Part shown: positions 16,830 to 26,086 of the stretch, piece after piece | Numbering within the stretch: position 1 is the stretch's first letter | Layout: every line of letters starts with the position of its first letter | Assembly (NCBI GenBank): GCA_017503865.1 | Contig: JAFVSI010000009.1 | Coordinates: 8,171 to 72,170, forward strand | DNA from: Clostridia bacterium | Lineage (GTDB): Bacteria > Bacillota > Clostridia > Oscillospirales > CAG-272 | Reading direction: 5' to 3' | Length of the DNA: 64,000 bases | Notes under the pieces: generated by a model | The model's input: the letters and a program-made list of their open reading frames with translations, nothing else | Databases searched by the model: none | What the model was told of the DNA's origin: nothing | Position numbers and translations under genes: made by a program

Positions 16830-17114
16830 ATGATAAAGGGAACGCAGAGGCAGATGGTAATGGTACGCACCTCTGAGAGCGAGAGCTTTGAGATGGCATA
16901 TTTCGTAGTTCGCTCCGGAGTGGGGGCAGAGAAGAGTGAAAAGAGTATGATAGATGAGGCAAACAGCATAGTCTCGTCTGTCATAGGCGGTTCGTCGGCG
17001 GCAAAAAGAGAGAAAAGAAAACGGGTGCTTCGCCGCATTCTTGTTTTTACGGTAGGGGCAATATTCGGTGCGGTTGCACTTGGAATTACGCTTGCTTTGT
17101 TTTTTATCGTATAA
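16830..17114 (+). CDS. Hypothetical small protein with a C-terminal TM helix
   Basis: This 94-aa ORF has a soluble N-terminus, a basic stretch (KREKRKRVLRR) and then the TM helix ILVFTVGAIFGAVALGITLALFFIV. Confidence 0.5.
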   Translation: MIKGTQRQMVMVRTSESESFEMAYFVVRSGVGAEKSEKSMIDEANSIVSSVIGGSSAAKREKRKRVLRRILVFTVGAIFGAVALGITLALFFIV

Positions 17115-17141
17115 TGTAGAAAAGCTAATACAGCAAAGCTG

Positions 17142-17170
17142 TTGACTTTGATGTATAAGTATGCTATAAT
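17142..17170 (+). promoter_or_regulatory. Sigma-A promoter of rnj
   Basis: TTGACT (17142-17147), 17 nt, TATAAT (17165-17170). It leaves a 5' UTR of about 115 nt. Confidence 0.55.
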
Positions 17171-17291
17171 TATTGGAGTTTAAATTGTATAGTACGCCTC
17201 AGTGAGATATTTCGGGGAGCGGTGTCGAAATATTTTCGGGGCGAGTCTTTGTGTGCAAAAAATGCACTGTAATTTGAAAAAAGGAGAATGT

Positions 17292-18968
17292 ATGCCAAAA
17301 AAAGCAAAAGGCAAGATTAAGATTATTCCGCTTGGCGGACTTAACGAGGTGGGAAAAAATCTCACCGTTATTGAATATGAAAATGACATAATAATAGTAG
17401 ACTGCGGTCTCGGCTTTCCCGACGAGGAAATGCCCGGTGTTGACCTTGTAATCCCCGACGTGAGCTATCTTGAGGCAAATGCTGACAAGATTCGCGGAAT
17501 GGTGCTCACTCACGGACACGAGGACCATATAGGAGCGATACCTTACGTGCTCCGTCAAATAAATATGCCGATATACGGCACAAAGCTGACTCTCGGTATT
17601 ATCAAGAACAAGCTCGAAGAGCACGTTCTTCCCGCTCAGCCTCAGCTCGTCTGCGTTAAGGCGGGGGATACCGTTAAGCTCGGACAGATGTCGGTTGAGT
17701 TTATTCACGTAAATCACTCGATAGCAGACGCTTGCTGTCTTGCTATCACAACACCTCTCGGTGTTATCGTACACTCGGGAGACTTTAAGCTTGACGTCAC
17801 GCCTATTGACGGTGATATGATGAATATAACGAGGCTCGGAGAGATAGGCAAGAAGGGAACGCTCCTTCTTATGTGTGAGTCAACGAATGCCGAGAGACCG
17901 GGGCATACTCCGTCAGAGAAGAAGGTCGGAAAGTCGCTTGAAAACATCTTCGCGGCAAACGTCGACAAGAGAATAGTTATAGCAACCTTCTCGTCAAACG
18001 TTCACAGAGTACAGCAGGTCATTGACGTTAGTGCAAAGCACGGCAGAAAGGTCGCGGTCACAGGACGCAGTATGCTCAATATCGTGGGTGCGGCAGTCGA
18101 GCTTGGATATATGAACGTGCCAAAGGGCGTTCTTGTTGACGTAAACGATATAAAGCGTTTCCGTCCCGAGGAGATCACCCTTATTACTACGGGTAGCCAG
18201 GGTGAGCCGATGTCAGCTCTTTACAGAATGGCATTTGGCGACCACTCGCAGATAACGCTTGATTCAAAGGACCTTGTAGTGCTTTCCTCAAGTGCTATTC
18301 CCGGAAACGAAAAGCTTGTTGGAAGGATAATCAACGAGCTTACTAAGAACGGAGTCAGCGTGCTTCACGACGCAGTTGTTGAGGTCCACGTTTCGGGACA
18401 CGCATGCCAAGAGGAATTGAAGCTTTTGCAGGCACTCGTACGCCCCAAGTATTTTATGCCCGTTCACGGTGAATACAGACACCTTGCGGCAAACCGCGAG
18501 CTTGCACTTGATATGGGAATGGACGCAAGTCACATTTTTATTTCGGATATTGGCAAGGTGCTTGAGATAGACCCAAAGGGAGCAAGGTTTTCGGGTACCG
18601 TTCCCGCAGGCAAGATACTTGTTGACGGTTACGGTGTCGGTGACGTCGGAAACATCGTGCTTCGCGACAGACGCCATCTCTCGCAGGACGGACTTATCGT
18701 TGTGGTTGCCTCAATCGACTCCCACGCAGGTCTTCTTTTGTCGGGCCCCGATATTGTTTCGAGAGGCTTTGTCTACGTAAGAGAGGCTGAGGAGCTTATG
18801 GACGAGGCAAGACAGATAGCATACGACGCTATCGACCGTTGTCTTTCGAACGGCAGATATGCCGACAGAATGGCACTCAAGACGGCACTTAAGGACGACC
18901 TCACAAAGTTCATTTACTCAAAGACGAAGAGAAAACCGATGGTTCTTCCCGTTATAATGAACCTCTGA
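17292..18968 (+). CDS. rnj: Ribonuclease J
   Basis: KIIPLGGLNEVGKN and the HGHEDHIGAIPY beta-lactamase/beta-CASP motifs are present. AAGGAG lies 6 nt upstream of ATG 17292. Confidence 0.9.
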   Translation: MPKKAKGKIKIIPLGGLNEVGKNLTVIEYENDIIIVDCGLGFPDEEMPGVDLVIPDVSYLEANADKIRGMVLTHGHEDHIGAIPYVLRQINMPIYGTKLTLGIIKNKLEEHVLPAQPQLVCVKAGDTVKLGQMSVEFIHVNHSIADACCLAITTPLGVIVHSGDFKLDVTPIDGDMMNITRLGEIGKKGTLLLMCESTNAERPGHTPSEKKVGKSLENIFAANVDKRIVIATFSSNVHRVQQVIDVSAKHGRKVAVTGRSMLNIVGAAVELGYMNVPKGVLVDVNDIKRFRPEEITLITTGSQGEPMSALYRMAFGDHSQITLDSKDLVVLSSSAIPGNEKLVGRIINELTKNGVSVLHDAVVEVHVSGHACQEELKLLQALVRPKYFMPVHGEYRHLAANRELALDMGMDASHIFISDIGKVLEIDPKGARFSGTVPAGKILVDGYGVGDVGNIVLRDRRHLSQDGLIVVVASIDSHAGLLLSGPDIVSRGFVYVREAEELMDEARQIAYDAIDRCLSNGRYADRMALKTALKDDLTKFIYSKTKRKPMVLPVIMNL

Positions 18969-19112
18969 TGCAATTGTTTAGAGATTGTTCATATTTTGGT
19001 CAAGAATTCATCACGCAAACAAGGTATAATAATGAGAGTGAGTGTTGAAAAATGCTATCGCTCCGAATTATAAAATAAACAAAAAATAAAAGAAAAGGCA
19101 GGGAATATCCCT

Positions 19113-20936
19113 ATGGGAAAAGCAAACAGAATTAAAAACGGAAGAAATGCAGCTTCCGTTGCAAAGAACAGCAAAAAGAACAGTTCTTTCTGGTATACTC
19201 TTTCATTGGCTCTTGTAGCCGCTTTCGTAGCTATCGTAATTATAGTATCTTCGATATTTTCGACCGGAGTTATAATGAGAAGCAAAAAGGCTATCTATAC
19301 CGACAACTACACCGTAAACGGTGCGGTTCTTCAGTATATGTTTATGGCAGACTATCAGGACTTTTTGAACACCTATTCCTACTACGTTCAGGCGTTCGGT
19401 CTTGATACCACAAAGTCTCTTGCTAAGCAGCAGTTTGGTTCAGCTGCAGCTTCCTTCCTCGGCAGCTTCGATGGAACCTGGAAGGATTACTTTATGTCCA
19501 ATCTCAAGGCTCAGACCGAGCAGCTCCTCGTTTACTGTGAGGTTGCTAACGAGAAGGGAATCGAGCTCGAAGAGGATGATATTGCACTTATTGATGAGAC
19601 CATTCACGCTCTTGAGCACAGTGCATCGGATTCGGGTTACAGCTTGAGCTCCTTCCTCAATATGTACTACGGTGAGGGCGTAAAGCTTAAGGACGTACGC
19701 GAGGCACTCGAGCTTTCGTCGCTCGCTGCAAAGGTTGCAGAGGTTATTGACGCAGAGCTTATGGATGGCATTACTGTTGACGAGATCAATAAAAAGTATG
19801 AGGACAATAAGAAGGACTATAACGTTAAGGATTACATATACTACACAATGAGTGTTGAATATGATGAGGTTGTAGCCGAAATTATCCCCGACTATGACGG
19901 AAAGACCGAGCTTACCGAGGAGCAGGAAAAGACTGTTCTCGAGGCTTACAAGAACAAGATAGCCGAGACAAAGACAAAGGCTGAGGCGTTTGAGAATTAC
20001 ACCACGCTTGACGATTTCAAGAACGCAGCTCTTGAGGATCTTGCATATACTTCCTTCGATTCCTACTACAAGACAGAGGCTCTTGCCGATGCCGACAAGC
20101 TCTCCGATACCGACCTTCACACAGTAAAGGTAGCACTTATCGCAGAGGTTATCGACGAGGTCAAGAAGGATGCAGAGATGGCTGATGCTACCGCTGAGGC
20201 TGACGGTGCTTTCACCGCTTACGGTGTAGCACTTGCAGGTGAAAATACCGCAAAGGCAATTGATAACGTAAAGACAAAGCTTTACAAGGATTTGAACACT
20301 GCCGTTGATTCTCTCTTCTCGCAGAAGCTTAAGTATGACAGCGAGGACACCCTTCCCAAGTGGGCGTTTGACGAGGCTGAGGGCATTGGCGACACCAAGA
20401 AGCTTTCCTTCGGTGACGGCTCCTCTGACGGTGAAATAGAGAATAAGAACGGATACTTTGATATTGCCGTTTATATGCTTGCATCCGATGAATATTGCGA
20501 CAAGACTCTCGCTAAGGACGTAGCTTATATGACCTTTGCCGACGAGGCAAGTGCAAAGAAGGCAATCGAGGCATTCAAGGCGGGTGCTACTAAGGATTAC
20601 GCTGCATTCGAGGCAGTTGCAAAGAGCAACAATGCTGTAACTAACGGCAAGTTCGAGAACTATCTTGAGGGACAGCTTTCTTACGGTACTTACGAGACTT
20701 GGCTCTACGATGACGAGACCGTTATCGGTAGCATTACCGAGACTCCCGTAACAAACGCAGCTACCACAGATAAGGAGTATGCGGTATTCTTCTATTACGG
20801 AGACGGTGACGAGGCTTGGTATATAGACGTTAAGAATGCAATATTCGTTGACGATTATCAGGAATACTATAAAACGATTACCGAAAAATACCCCGTAACA
20901 GTGGTTGATAAGGTTCTTGACAAGATAGACGTCTGA
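19113..20936 (+). CDS. Membrane-anchored acidic extracytoplasmic protein (possibly a SurA-N/PpiD-like chaperone domain without a PPIase)
   Basis: The N-terminus is basic and is followed by the TM helix FWYTLSLALVAAFVAIVIIVSSIF. The remaining ~550 aa are acidic. The functional guess is weak. Confidence 0.55.
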   Translation: MGKANRIKNGRNAASVAKNSKKNSSFWYTLSLALVAAFVAIVIIVSSIFSTGVIMRSKKAIYTDNYTVNGAVLQYMFMADYQDFLNTYSYYVQAFGLDTTKSLAKQQFGSAAASFLGSFDGTWKDYFMSNLKAQTEQLLVYCEVANEKGIELEEDDIALIDETIHALEHSASDSGYSLSSFLNMYYGEGVKLKDVREALELSSLAAKVAEVIDAELMDGITVDEINKKYEDNKKDYNVKDYIYYTMSVEYDEVVAEIIPDYDGKTELTEEQEKTVLEAYKNKIAETKTKAEAFENYTTLDDFKNAALEDLAYTSFDSYYKTEALADADKLSDTDLHTVKVALIAEVIDEVKKDAEMADATAEADGAFTAYGVALAGENTAKAIDNVKTKLYKDLNTAVDSLFSQKLKYDSEDTLPKWAFDEAEGIGDTKKLSFGDGSSDGEIENKNGYFDIAVYMLASDEYCDKTLAKDVAYMTFADEASAKKAIEAFKAGATKDYAAFEAVAKSNNAVTNGKFENYLEGQLSYGTYETWLYDDETVIGSITETPVTNAATTDKEYAVFFYYGDGDEAWYIDVKNAIFVDDYQEYYKTITEKYPVTVVDKVLDKIDV

Positions 20937-20988
20937 TTTTAATGGGGTGCGTTCTACGCACCCCTGTATTTTTAGGAGAATTTTATTT

Positions 20989-21639
20989 ATGGTTTTGAAT
21001 CCAAAGCAAACAACGGTAGCTTACAGATGCCCTCATTGCGGTGCCGGAATTATGAGCCTCGTTGATCCCTTCTTGCTTTCTGCCGATATGGTAAAGCTTA
21101 AGTGCGATTGCGGTAAGAGCGAGATGTCGGTGGTCTACTCAAACGACGGAAAGATAAGGATTACCGTGCCGTGCATCTTTTGCCCGAATCCGCATTCCTT
21201 TGTAGTCAATTCATCGGTGTTTTTTGGCAAGGAGCTTTTCGTGCTGCCGTGTCCTTATTCCGATATGACTATCGCTATGACGGGAGACGTCAACAGCGTG
21301 AAGGCGGAGCTTGCAAGAAGCGAGCTTGAGCTTCTTAATATCCTTGAGGAGAACGGTCTTGACAGCTTTGAGGCTCTTCACGTCTCTGACGGGGAGAGAA
21401 GGGAGCTTACCGATCCGCAGATATTTGATATCATAATGTTTGTGATAAAGGACCTTGATGCCGAGGGCAAGATCTATTGCCGTTGCGAAAACGAGGGAGA
21501 GGGCGACTTTGAGGTCGAGGTGCTCGACGACGGAATAAAGGTGAGCTGCAAGAGGTGCGGTGCTTCAAGAGTTATTCCTACAGACGGGCTTCTTGCCGCA
21601 AACGCTTTTCTTAATGCAGATTCATTGACTCTCGAATGA
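20989..21639 (+). CDS. Hypothetical protein with Zn-ribbon-like Cys pairs
   Basis: Contains CPHCG...CDCG and CRCE...CKRCG. ATG 20989 sits behind TAGGAGAA. Confidence 0.6.
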   Translation: MVLNPKQTTVAYRCPHCGAGIMSLVDPFLLSADMVKLKCDCGKSEMSVVYSNDGKIRITVPCIFCPNPHSFVVNSSVFFGKELFVLPCPYSDMTIAMTGDVNSVKAELARSELELLNILEENGLDSFEALHVSDGERRELTDPQIFDIIMFVIKDLDAEGKIYCRCENEGEGDFEVEVLDDGIKVSCKRCGASRVIPTDGLLAANAFLNADSLTLE

Positions 21640-21649
21640 TTGAAGATAA

Positions 21650-21680
21650 AAACCCGACAGCTTAGCTGTCGGGTTTTTTA
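21650..21680. terminator. Bidirectional terminator
   Basis: AAAACCCGACAGC-TTA-GCTGTCGGGTTTTTT. Confidence 0.8.
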
Positions 21681-21712
21681 GGTCAGGTGTCTATTTTGCA
21701 AACGATGCTCGA

Positions 21713-21808
21713 TTAGCAGCCGCAACCGCAGCAGAATATAAGGATGAGAGCTATGATGATAAGCCAGATCCACTCGTTGTCAAAAAGATTGCAAAGACAG
21801 TTATTCAT
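21713..21808 (-). CDS. 31-aa hydrophobic Cys-rich micropeptide (resembles the tiny-TM YjcZ-like sporulation peptides)
   Basis: Manual translation gives MNNCLCNLFDNEWIWLIIIALILIFCCGCGC*. GGGGGAC lies 7 nt upstream of the ATG, and a terminator follows. The ORF is too short for the supplied track. Confidence 0.4.
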   Translation of the reverse strand: MNNCLCNLFDNEWIWLIIIALILIFCCGCGC

Positions 21809-21922
21809 AATATGTCCCCCGTTAAATTTTTTGTCGAGCTTTCGCTCTTCGATATCATATTATGAGTTCGTTCTCTCTTTGGTGACAAAATATTTTTGAC
21901 TTTGGGCGGCAGAAGTTTGGTG

Positions 21923-22060
21923 ATTTCAAAATTTGCAAACCGAAGGTTTCTACCCCGAAGGGGTAATTTGTCGGTGAGATTGTTTTTCGGTGGGGGCTTG
22001 TTCCCACCGCTCTAAACACAAATTAACTCTTCACAAATACCAATTTATCTATCATTAAAG
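21923..22060 (+). repeat. Composite intergenic repeat copy 2 (module A + GC hairpin + AAACAC/ACAAATACCAATTT module)
   Basis: ATTTCAAAATTTGCAAACCGAAGGTTTCTACCCCGAAGGGGTAATTT (21923-21969), hairpin GGTGGG-GGCTTGTT-CCCACC (21989-22008), then ...AAACAC...ACAAATACCAATTTAT. Confidence 0.75.
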
Positions 22061-22146
22061 ATAAAAATTTTTTAAATCCTATTGTGAAAAATCATAAATT
22101 ATTATATAATATAGGCAATAGATAAAAAGTATCGGAGAATGAATAG

Positions 22147-23967
22147 ATGTCAAAAGCCGAAATGCAAAAAAATATAAGGAATTTTTCAATAATAGCACAC
22201 ATTGACCATGGAAAGTCAACCCTTGCTGACAGACTTCTCGAAGCAACTGCCGCTGTGGCAAAGCGAGATATGGAATCGCAGATTCTTGACAATATGGATC
22301 TCGAAAAAGAGAGGGGAATTACTATCAAGGCAAGAGCTGTAAGACTCGAGTACCTTCACGATGACGGAGAAAAGTACATCTTAAACCTCATCGACACCCC
22401 CGGTCACGTTGACTTTAACTATGAGGTCTCCCGTTCACTCAATGCTTGTGACGGGGCACTTCTTGTGGTTGACGCAACGCAGGGAATAGAGGCACAGACG
22501 CTTGCTAACGCATACCTTGCGGTCGATGCCGACCTTGAGATAGTTCCCGTTATCAATAAAATAGACCTTCCCTCTGCAAATATTGAGGGAGTAAGACACG
22601 ATATTGAGGAAATTATCGGCATTCCCGCTGAGGATTGTCCCGCAGTCTCGGCAAAAACGGGACTTAATATAAATGACGTCTTAAAGGCTGTAGTTGAGCA
22701 GGTTCCCGCTCCTAAGGGAGATCCTGACGCCCCCCTCAAATGCCTCATTTTCGACTCCTATTACGATAGCTACCTCGGTGTTGTCGTTTACGTACGAGTT
22801 ATGGACGGAACGCTTCACTCGGGTGACCGTATCAAAATGATGAGCAACGGTATTGAGTTTGACGTTATTGACGTTGGATATATGGGTGCATTCGGTCTTA
22901 ACAAGCAGGACTCGCTTTCGGCAGGAGAGGTTGGTTATATAACCGCCTCGATAAAGAGCGTTGGTGATACCCGTGTGGGTGATACGGTTACGCTTGCATC
23001 AAACCCCGCAAACGAGCCTCTCCCGGGATTTAAGGCTGTTCAGCCTATGGTTTACGCAGGTATTTATCCTGCTGACGGTGCTAAGTACGGTGACCTTCGC
23101 GACTCGCTTGAAAAGCTTCAGCTTAACGATGCGGCACTTGTCTTTGAGCCCGAGACCTCTGTGGCTCTTGGATTTGGATTCCGTTGCGGATTCCTCGGGC
23201 TTCTCCATATGGAGATAATAGAGGAGAGACTTGAGAGAGAATTTAATCTCGACCTTATCACAACCGCCCCTTCGGTTATTTACGAGGTCGACCTCAAGGG
23301 TGGTGAGAGGGTAAGGATCGACAACCCCTCAAATTACCCGACGGCAGACGAGATAGACGTAGCATACGAGCCTATCGTCAAGGCAAGCATCATAACGCCC
23401 ACCGAGTACGTTGGCGGACTTATGGACCTTTGTCAGGACAGACGAGGCAACTTTATCGATATGAAATATATCGACACTACACGCGTTGAGCTTCACTACG
23501 AGCTTCCGTTAAACGAGATAATATATGACTTTTTCGATGCACTCAAGAGCCGTTCTCGCGGATATGCTTCGCTCGACTATGAGCTTGGAGACTACGTACC
23601 GAGCAAGCTCGTTAAGCTTGATTTTCTGCTTAACGGTGAGCAGGTTGACGCACTTTCCTTCATAGTTCACGAGGAAAAGGCATATACGAGAGCGAGAAGA
23701 ATTGCCGAAAAGCTCAAGGAAAATATACCGCGTCAGCTTTTCGAGGTACCTATCCAGGCGGCAATCGGCTCGAAGATAATTGCAAGAGAGACCGTTAAGG
23801 CTATGCGTAAGGACGTCCTTGCAAAGTGCTACGGTGGAGATATAACGAGAAAGAAGAAGCTGCTTGAAAAGCAGAAAGAGGGTAAGAAGAAGATGCGTCA
23901 GCTTGGCTCCGTTCAAGTCTCGCCCGAGGCGTTTATGGCAGTGCTCAAGCTTGACGATGATAACTGA
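22147..23967 (+). CDS. lepA: Elongation factor 4
   Basis: [28 protein letters not shown] and the C-terminal LepA-specific region are present. Confidence 0.95.
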   Translation: MSKAEMQKNIRNFSIIAHIDHGKSTLADRLLEATAAVAKRDMESQILDNMDLEKERGITIKARAVRLEYLHDDGEKYILNLIDTPGHVDFNYEVSRSLNACDGALLVVDATQGIEAQTLANAYLAVDADLEIVPVINKIDLPSANIEGVRHDIEEIIGIPAEDCPAVSAKTGLNINDVLKAVVEQVPAPKGDPDAPLKCLIFDSYYDSYLGVVVYVRVMDGTLHSGDRIKMMSNGIEFDVIDVGYMGAFGLNKQDSLSAGEVGYITASIKSVGDTRVGDTVTLASNPANEPLPGFKAVQPMVYAGIYPADGAKYGDLRDSLEKLQLNDAALVFEPETSVALGFGFRCGFLGLLHMEIIEERLEREFNLDLITTAPSVIYEVDLKGGERVRIDNPSNYPTADEIDVAYEPIVKASIITPTEYVGGLMDLCQDRRGNFIDMKYIDTTRVELHYELPLNEIIYDFFDALKSRSRGYASLDYELGDYVPSKLVKLDFLLNGEQVDALSFIVHEEKAYTRARRIAEKLKENIPRQLFEVPIQAAIGSKIIARETVKAMRKDVLAKCYGGDITRKKKLLEKQKEGKKKMRQLGSVQVSPEAFMAVLKLDDDN

Positions 23968-23974
23968 TGCCGAT

Positions 23975-25102
23975 ATGAAGAAATCCCTTGGGCTTTATAT
24001 CCATATCCCTTTTTGCAAAAGAAAGTGCCTTTATTGCGATTTTTGCTCGGTGGCGGGCGGAAATGAGGAGCTTGTCGAAAGGTACGCGGCTTCTCTCAAA
24101 ACTTGCCTGACGCAGTACGCAAAAATGGCAGAGGGCTATGCCGTTGATACCGTTTATTTCGGTGGAGGTACGCCTACCTTGCTTCCCATAGGTCTTATGG
24201 GGGAGATACTTGACGCTTGCTTTTCAAATTTTGATATTACGAGGGACGCCGAGATAACCTGTGAGACAAATCCCGCAACCGCCTCGGCAGAATATCTTTC
24301 GACGATTCGTAAATTTGGGATAAACAGACTTAGCATCGGACTTCAAAGTATGATGGAAAACGAGCTTCGTGCTCTCGGAAGAATTCACGGACGAGAGGAT
24401 TTTCTCCGTACCTTTTCGGACGCACGGAAGGCAGGTTTTGACAATATCAGCGTTGACCTTATGTACGGCATTCCCGAGCAAACTATGGAAAGCTTTAAGG
24501 ATACGATAGAAAAAACCGTCAAGCTTTCGCCAGAGCATATTTCCGCATACTGCCTTAAGGTCGAGGAAAACACTCCGTTTGGCAGAATGGGAGATAAGCT
24601 TATCCTTCCCGATGACGACGAGGCGAGCGATATGTACGAGGAGTGTGTAAAATCACTTGCAAGGGCAGGATATTCAAGGTATGAAATAAGCAATTTTGCG
24701 AGAGAGGGAAGAGAGTCAAAGCACAATTTGCGGTATTGGCTCGGCAGGGAATATCTCGGTATCGGTGCTGCCGCACACTCTTATTTCGGCGGTGAAAGAT
24801 TTGCATTTTCGCCAAATATTACCGCTTTCGCAAACGGTGAATTTTCCGCTTGCGAGAGGGAAAAAATAGATACCGAGGAGAGAATGAGGGAGCAAGTGAT
24901 GCTCCGTATGCGACTTCAAATAGGGGTGAATGCCGACGAATTTGAAAGTGAGTTTGGTATTCCCTTTGAAACGAGGTTTTCGGAAATAAAGAGATTTATC
25001 GACAGTGGGCACGTCGCTTTTGACGGAAAGAATTACCGTTTTACCGACGAGGGCTTTTTCGTGAGCAGCTATATTTTGTCGGAAATTCTTGATTTTTCAT
25101 AA
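23975..25102 (+). CDS. hemW: Radical SAM heme chaperone HemW (HemN-like)
   Basis: LGLYIHIPFCKRKCLYCDF is the CxxxCxxC motif. An alternative start at 23957 would overlap the lepA stop. Confidence 0.85.
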   Translation: MKKSLGLYIHIPFCKRKCLYCDFCSVAGGNEELVERYAASLKTCLTQYAKMAEGYAVDTVYFGGGTPTLLPIGLMGEILDACFSNFDITRDAEITCETNPATASAEYLSTIRKFGINRLSIGLQSMMENELRALGRIHGREDFLRTFSDARKAGFDNISVDLMYGIPEQTMESFKDTIEKTVKLSPEHISAYCLKVEENTPFGRMGDKLILPDDDEASDMYEECVKSLARAGYSRYEISNFAREGRESKHNLRYWLGREYLGIGAAAHSYFGGERFAFSPNITAFANGEFSACEREKIDTEERMREQVMLRMRLQIGVNADEFESEFGIPFETRFSEIKRFIDSGHVAFDGKNYRFTDEGFFVSSYILSEILDFS

Positions 25103-25189
25103 AAGGCAATTGTCCCTGAATACTTGACATATCGCAGAGAATATTATAAAATATATTTAAATAATTAACTGTTTAAGAGGAGAAAAACA

Positions 25190-25498
25190 ATGGAAGATAA
25201 TAAGATGTCAAACGACTTCTTTACGTTTGTAGATGAAGAAGGAAACGAGATAGTTTTTGAGCTTATCGGTCAGTGTGAGCTTAAGGGAAATACTTATTTT
25301 GCAATGATACCCGCAGGCTCCGACGATAACGGTGAGTTTTGTGAGTACAACATTCTCAAGCTCGCTATCGAGGATGGCGAGGAGGTTTACGTAACTATTG
25401 ACGATGATGATGAGTTCGATATGGTAGCCGACTACTTTGATGACCTCTTCTCTGAGGAGATAGACTACGACGCAACCGAGGAAGACACCACTAAATAA
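25190..25498 (+). CDS. DUF1292-family acidic protein
   Basis: FTFVDEEGNEIVFELIG...YFAMIP and an acidic tail are present. Confidence 0.75.
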   Translation: MEDNKMSNDFFTFVDEEGNEIVFELIGQCELKGNTYFAMIPAGSDDNGEFCEYNILKLAIEDGEEVYVTIDDDDEFDMVADYFDDLFSEEIDYDATEEDTTK

Positions 25499-25559
25499 GT
25501 TGCCTCTGTTGTTTTAACGGCAAAAGATTGAAATTTTTTTACTTACTTTTCTTTTTTTA

Positions 25560-25790
25560 AAAGTAAGAGCCTGCTTGGCACGTGATGAATGGGTTTAAAA
25601 AACCTACAAATAGAAAACGGAGTCCGAAAAAAGAGAGCCGGAACGGTTTGCAGACCTCCCTCCTTCTTCCTCGATTGACTTGTCTCGACGAAGAAAAGAG
25701 GACGTTGGGAGCAGTAAAGTGACGGATAGGACACCACCTTGCATAGCAGGGTTTCTCTATTCTCATTCACACGGCCCGGCGGGTTTTTTG
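25560..25790 (+). ncRNA. Candidate structured RNA with 6S-like rod architecture plus a terminator
   Basis: The 5' arm AGAGCCTGCTTGGCACGTGATG (25566-25587) pairs imperfectly with the 3' arm CACCACCTTGCATAGCAGGGTTTCT (25732-25758). An apical hairpin joins CTCCCTCCTTCTTCCTCGA to TCGACGAAGAAAAGAGGACGTTGGGAG. The middle is asymmetric and unpaired. CCCGGCGGG followed by TTTTTTG lies at 25775-25790. No credible CDS is present. Confidence 0.3.
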
Positions 25791-25802
25791 TTGTCTATAT
25801 GT

Positions 25803-25876
25803 ATTTCAAATTTTGCAAACGAAGCTTCTACCTTTGGTAATTTATCTATTAGCCAATCTGTTGATTGGCTTTTTTG
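25803..25876 (+). repeat. Intergenic repeat module A copy 3, immediately followed by a terminator hairpin
   Basis: ATTTCAAATTTTGCAAACGAAGCTTCTACCTTTGGTAATTT (25803-25843), then AGCCAATC-TGTT-GATTGGCT followed by TTTTTTG (25851-25876). Confidence 0.75.
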
Positions 25877-25974
25877 TTTGTGATACTTTAGGTCGAAATT
25901 CGGTATATATAGATAATTTGAAGAAAAATCATCAAAAAAGTACCGTTTTTTAGATGTTGATTAGTCAAAAAGCC

Positions 25975-26003
25975 TTGACAATATGTGGATTTTTGTGTAA
26001 AAT
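25975..26003 (+). promoter_or_regulatory. Sigma-A promoter of rny
   Basis: TTGACA (25975-25980), 17 nt, TAAAAT (25998-26003). Confidence 0.55.
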
Positions 26004-26086
26004 ATATATGTATGTTCATAATAGGGGTAATTTTTCCACTTTGTGATATATAAATCAAAAAACAAACAAGAAAAAGGAGGTGCTAT

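Noticed and set aside
25541-25569. AT-rich hairpin CTTACTTTT-N8-AAAAGTAAG as the terminator of the DUF1292 gene.
   Set aside because: The stem is almost entirely A/T. It has no 3' U-tract on the plus strand, and on the minus strand it is followed by an A-tract. It also overlaps the 5' end of the candidate RNA, so it is left uncalled.
25543-25883. Three short ORFs (75, 69 and 67 aa) on both strands between the DUF1292 gene and rny.
   Set aside because: They overlap one another, lack an RBS and have implausible composition. The region is better explained by a structured RNA candidate plus a repeat copy.
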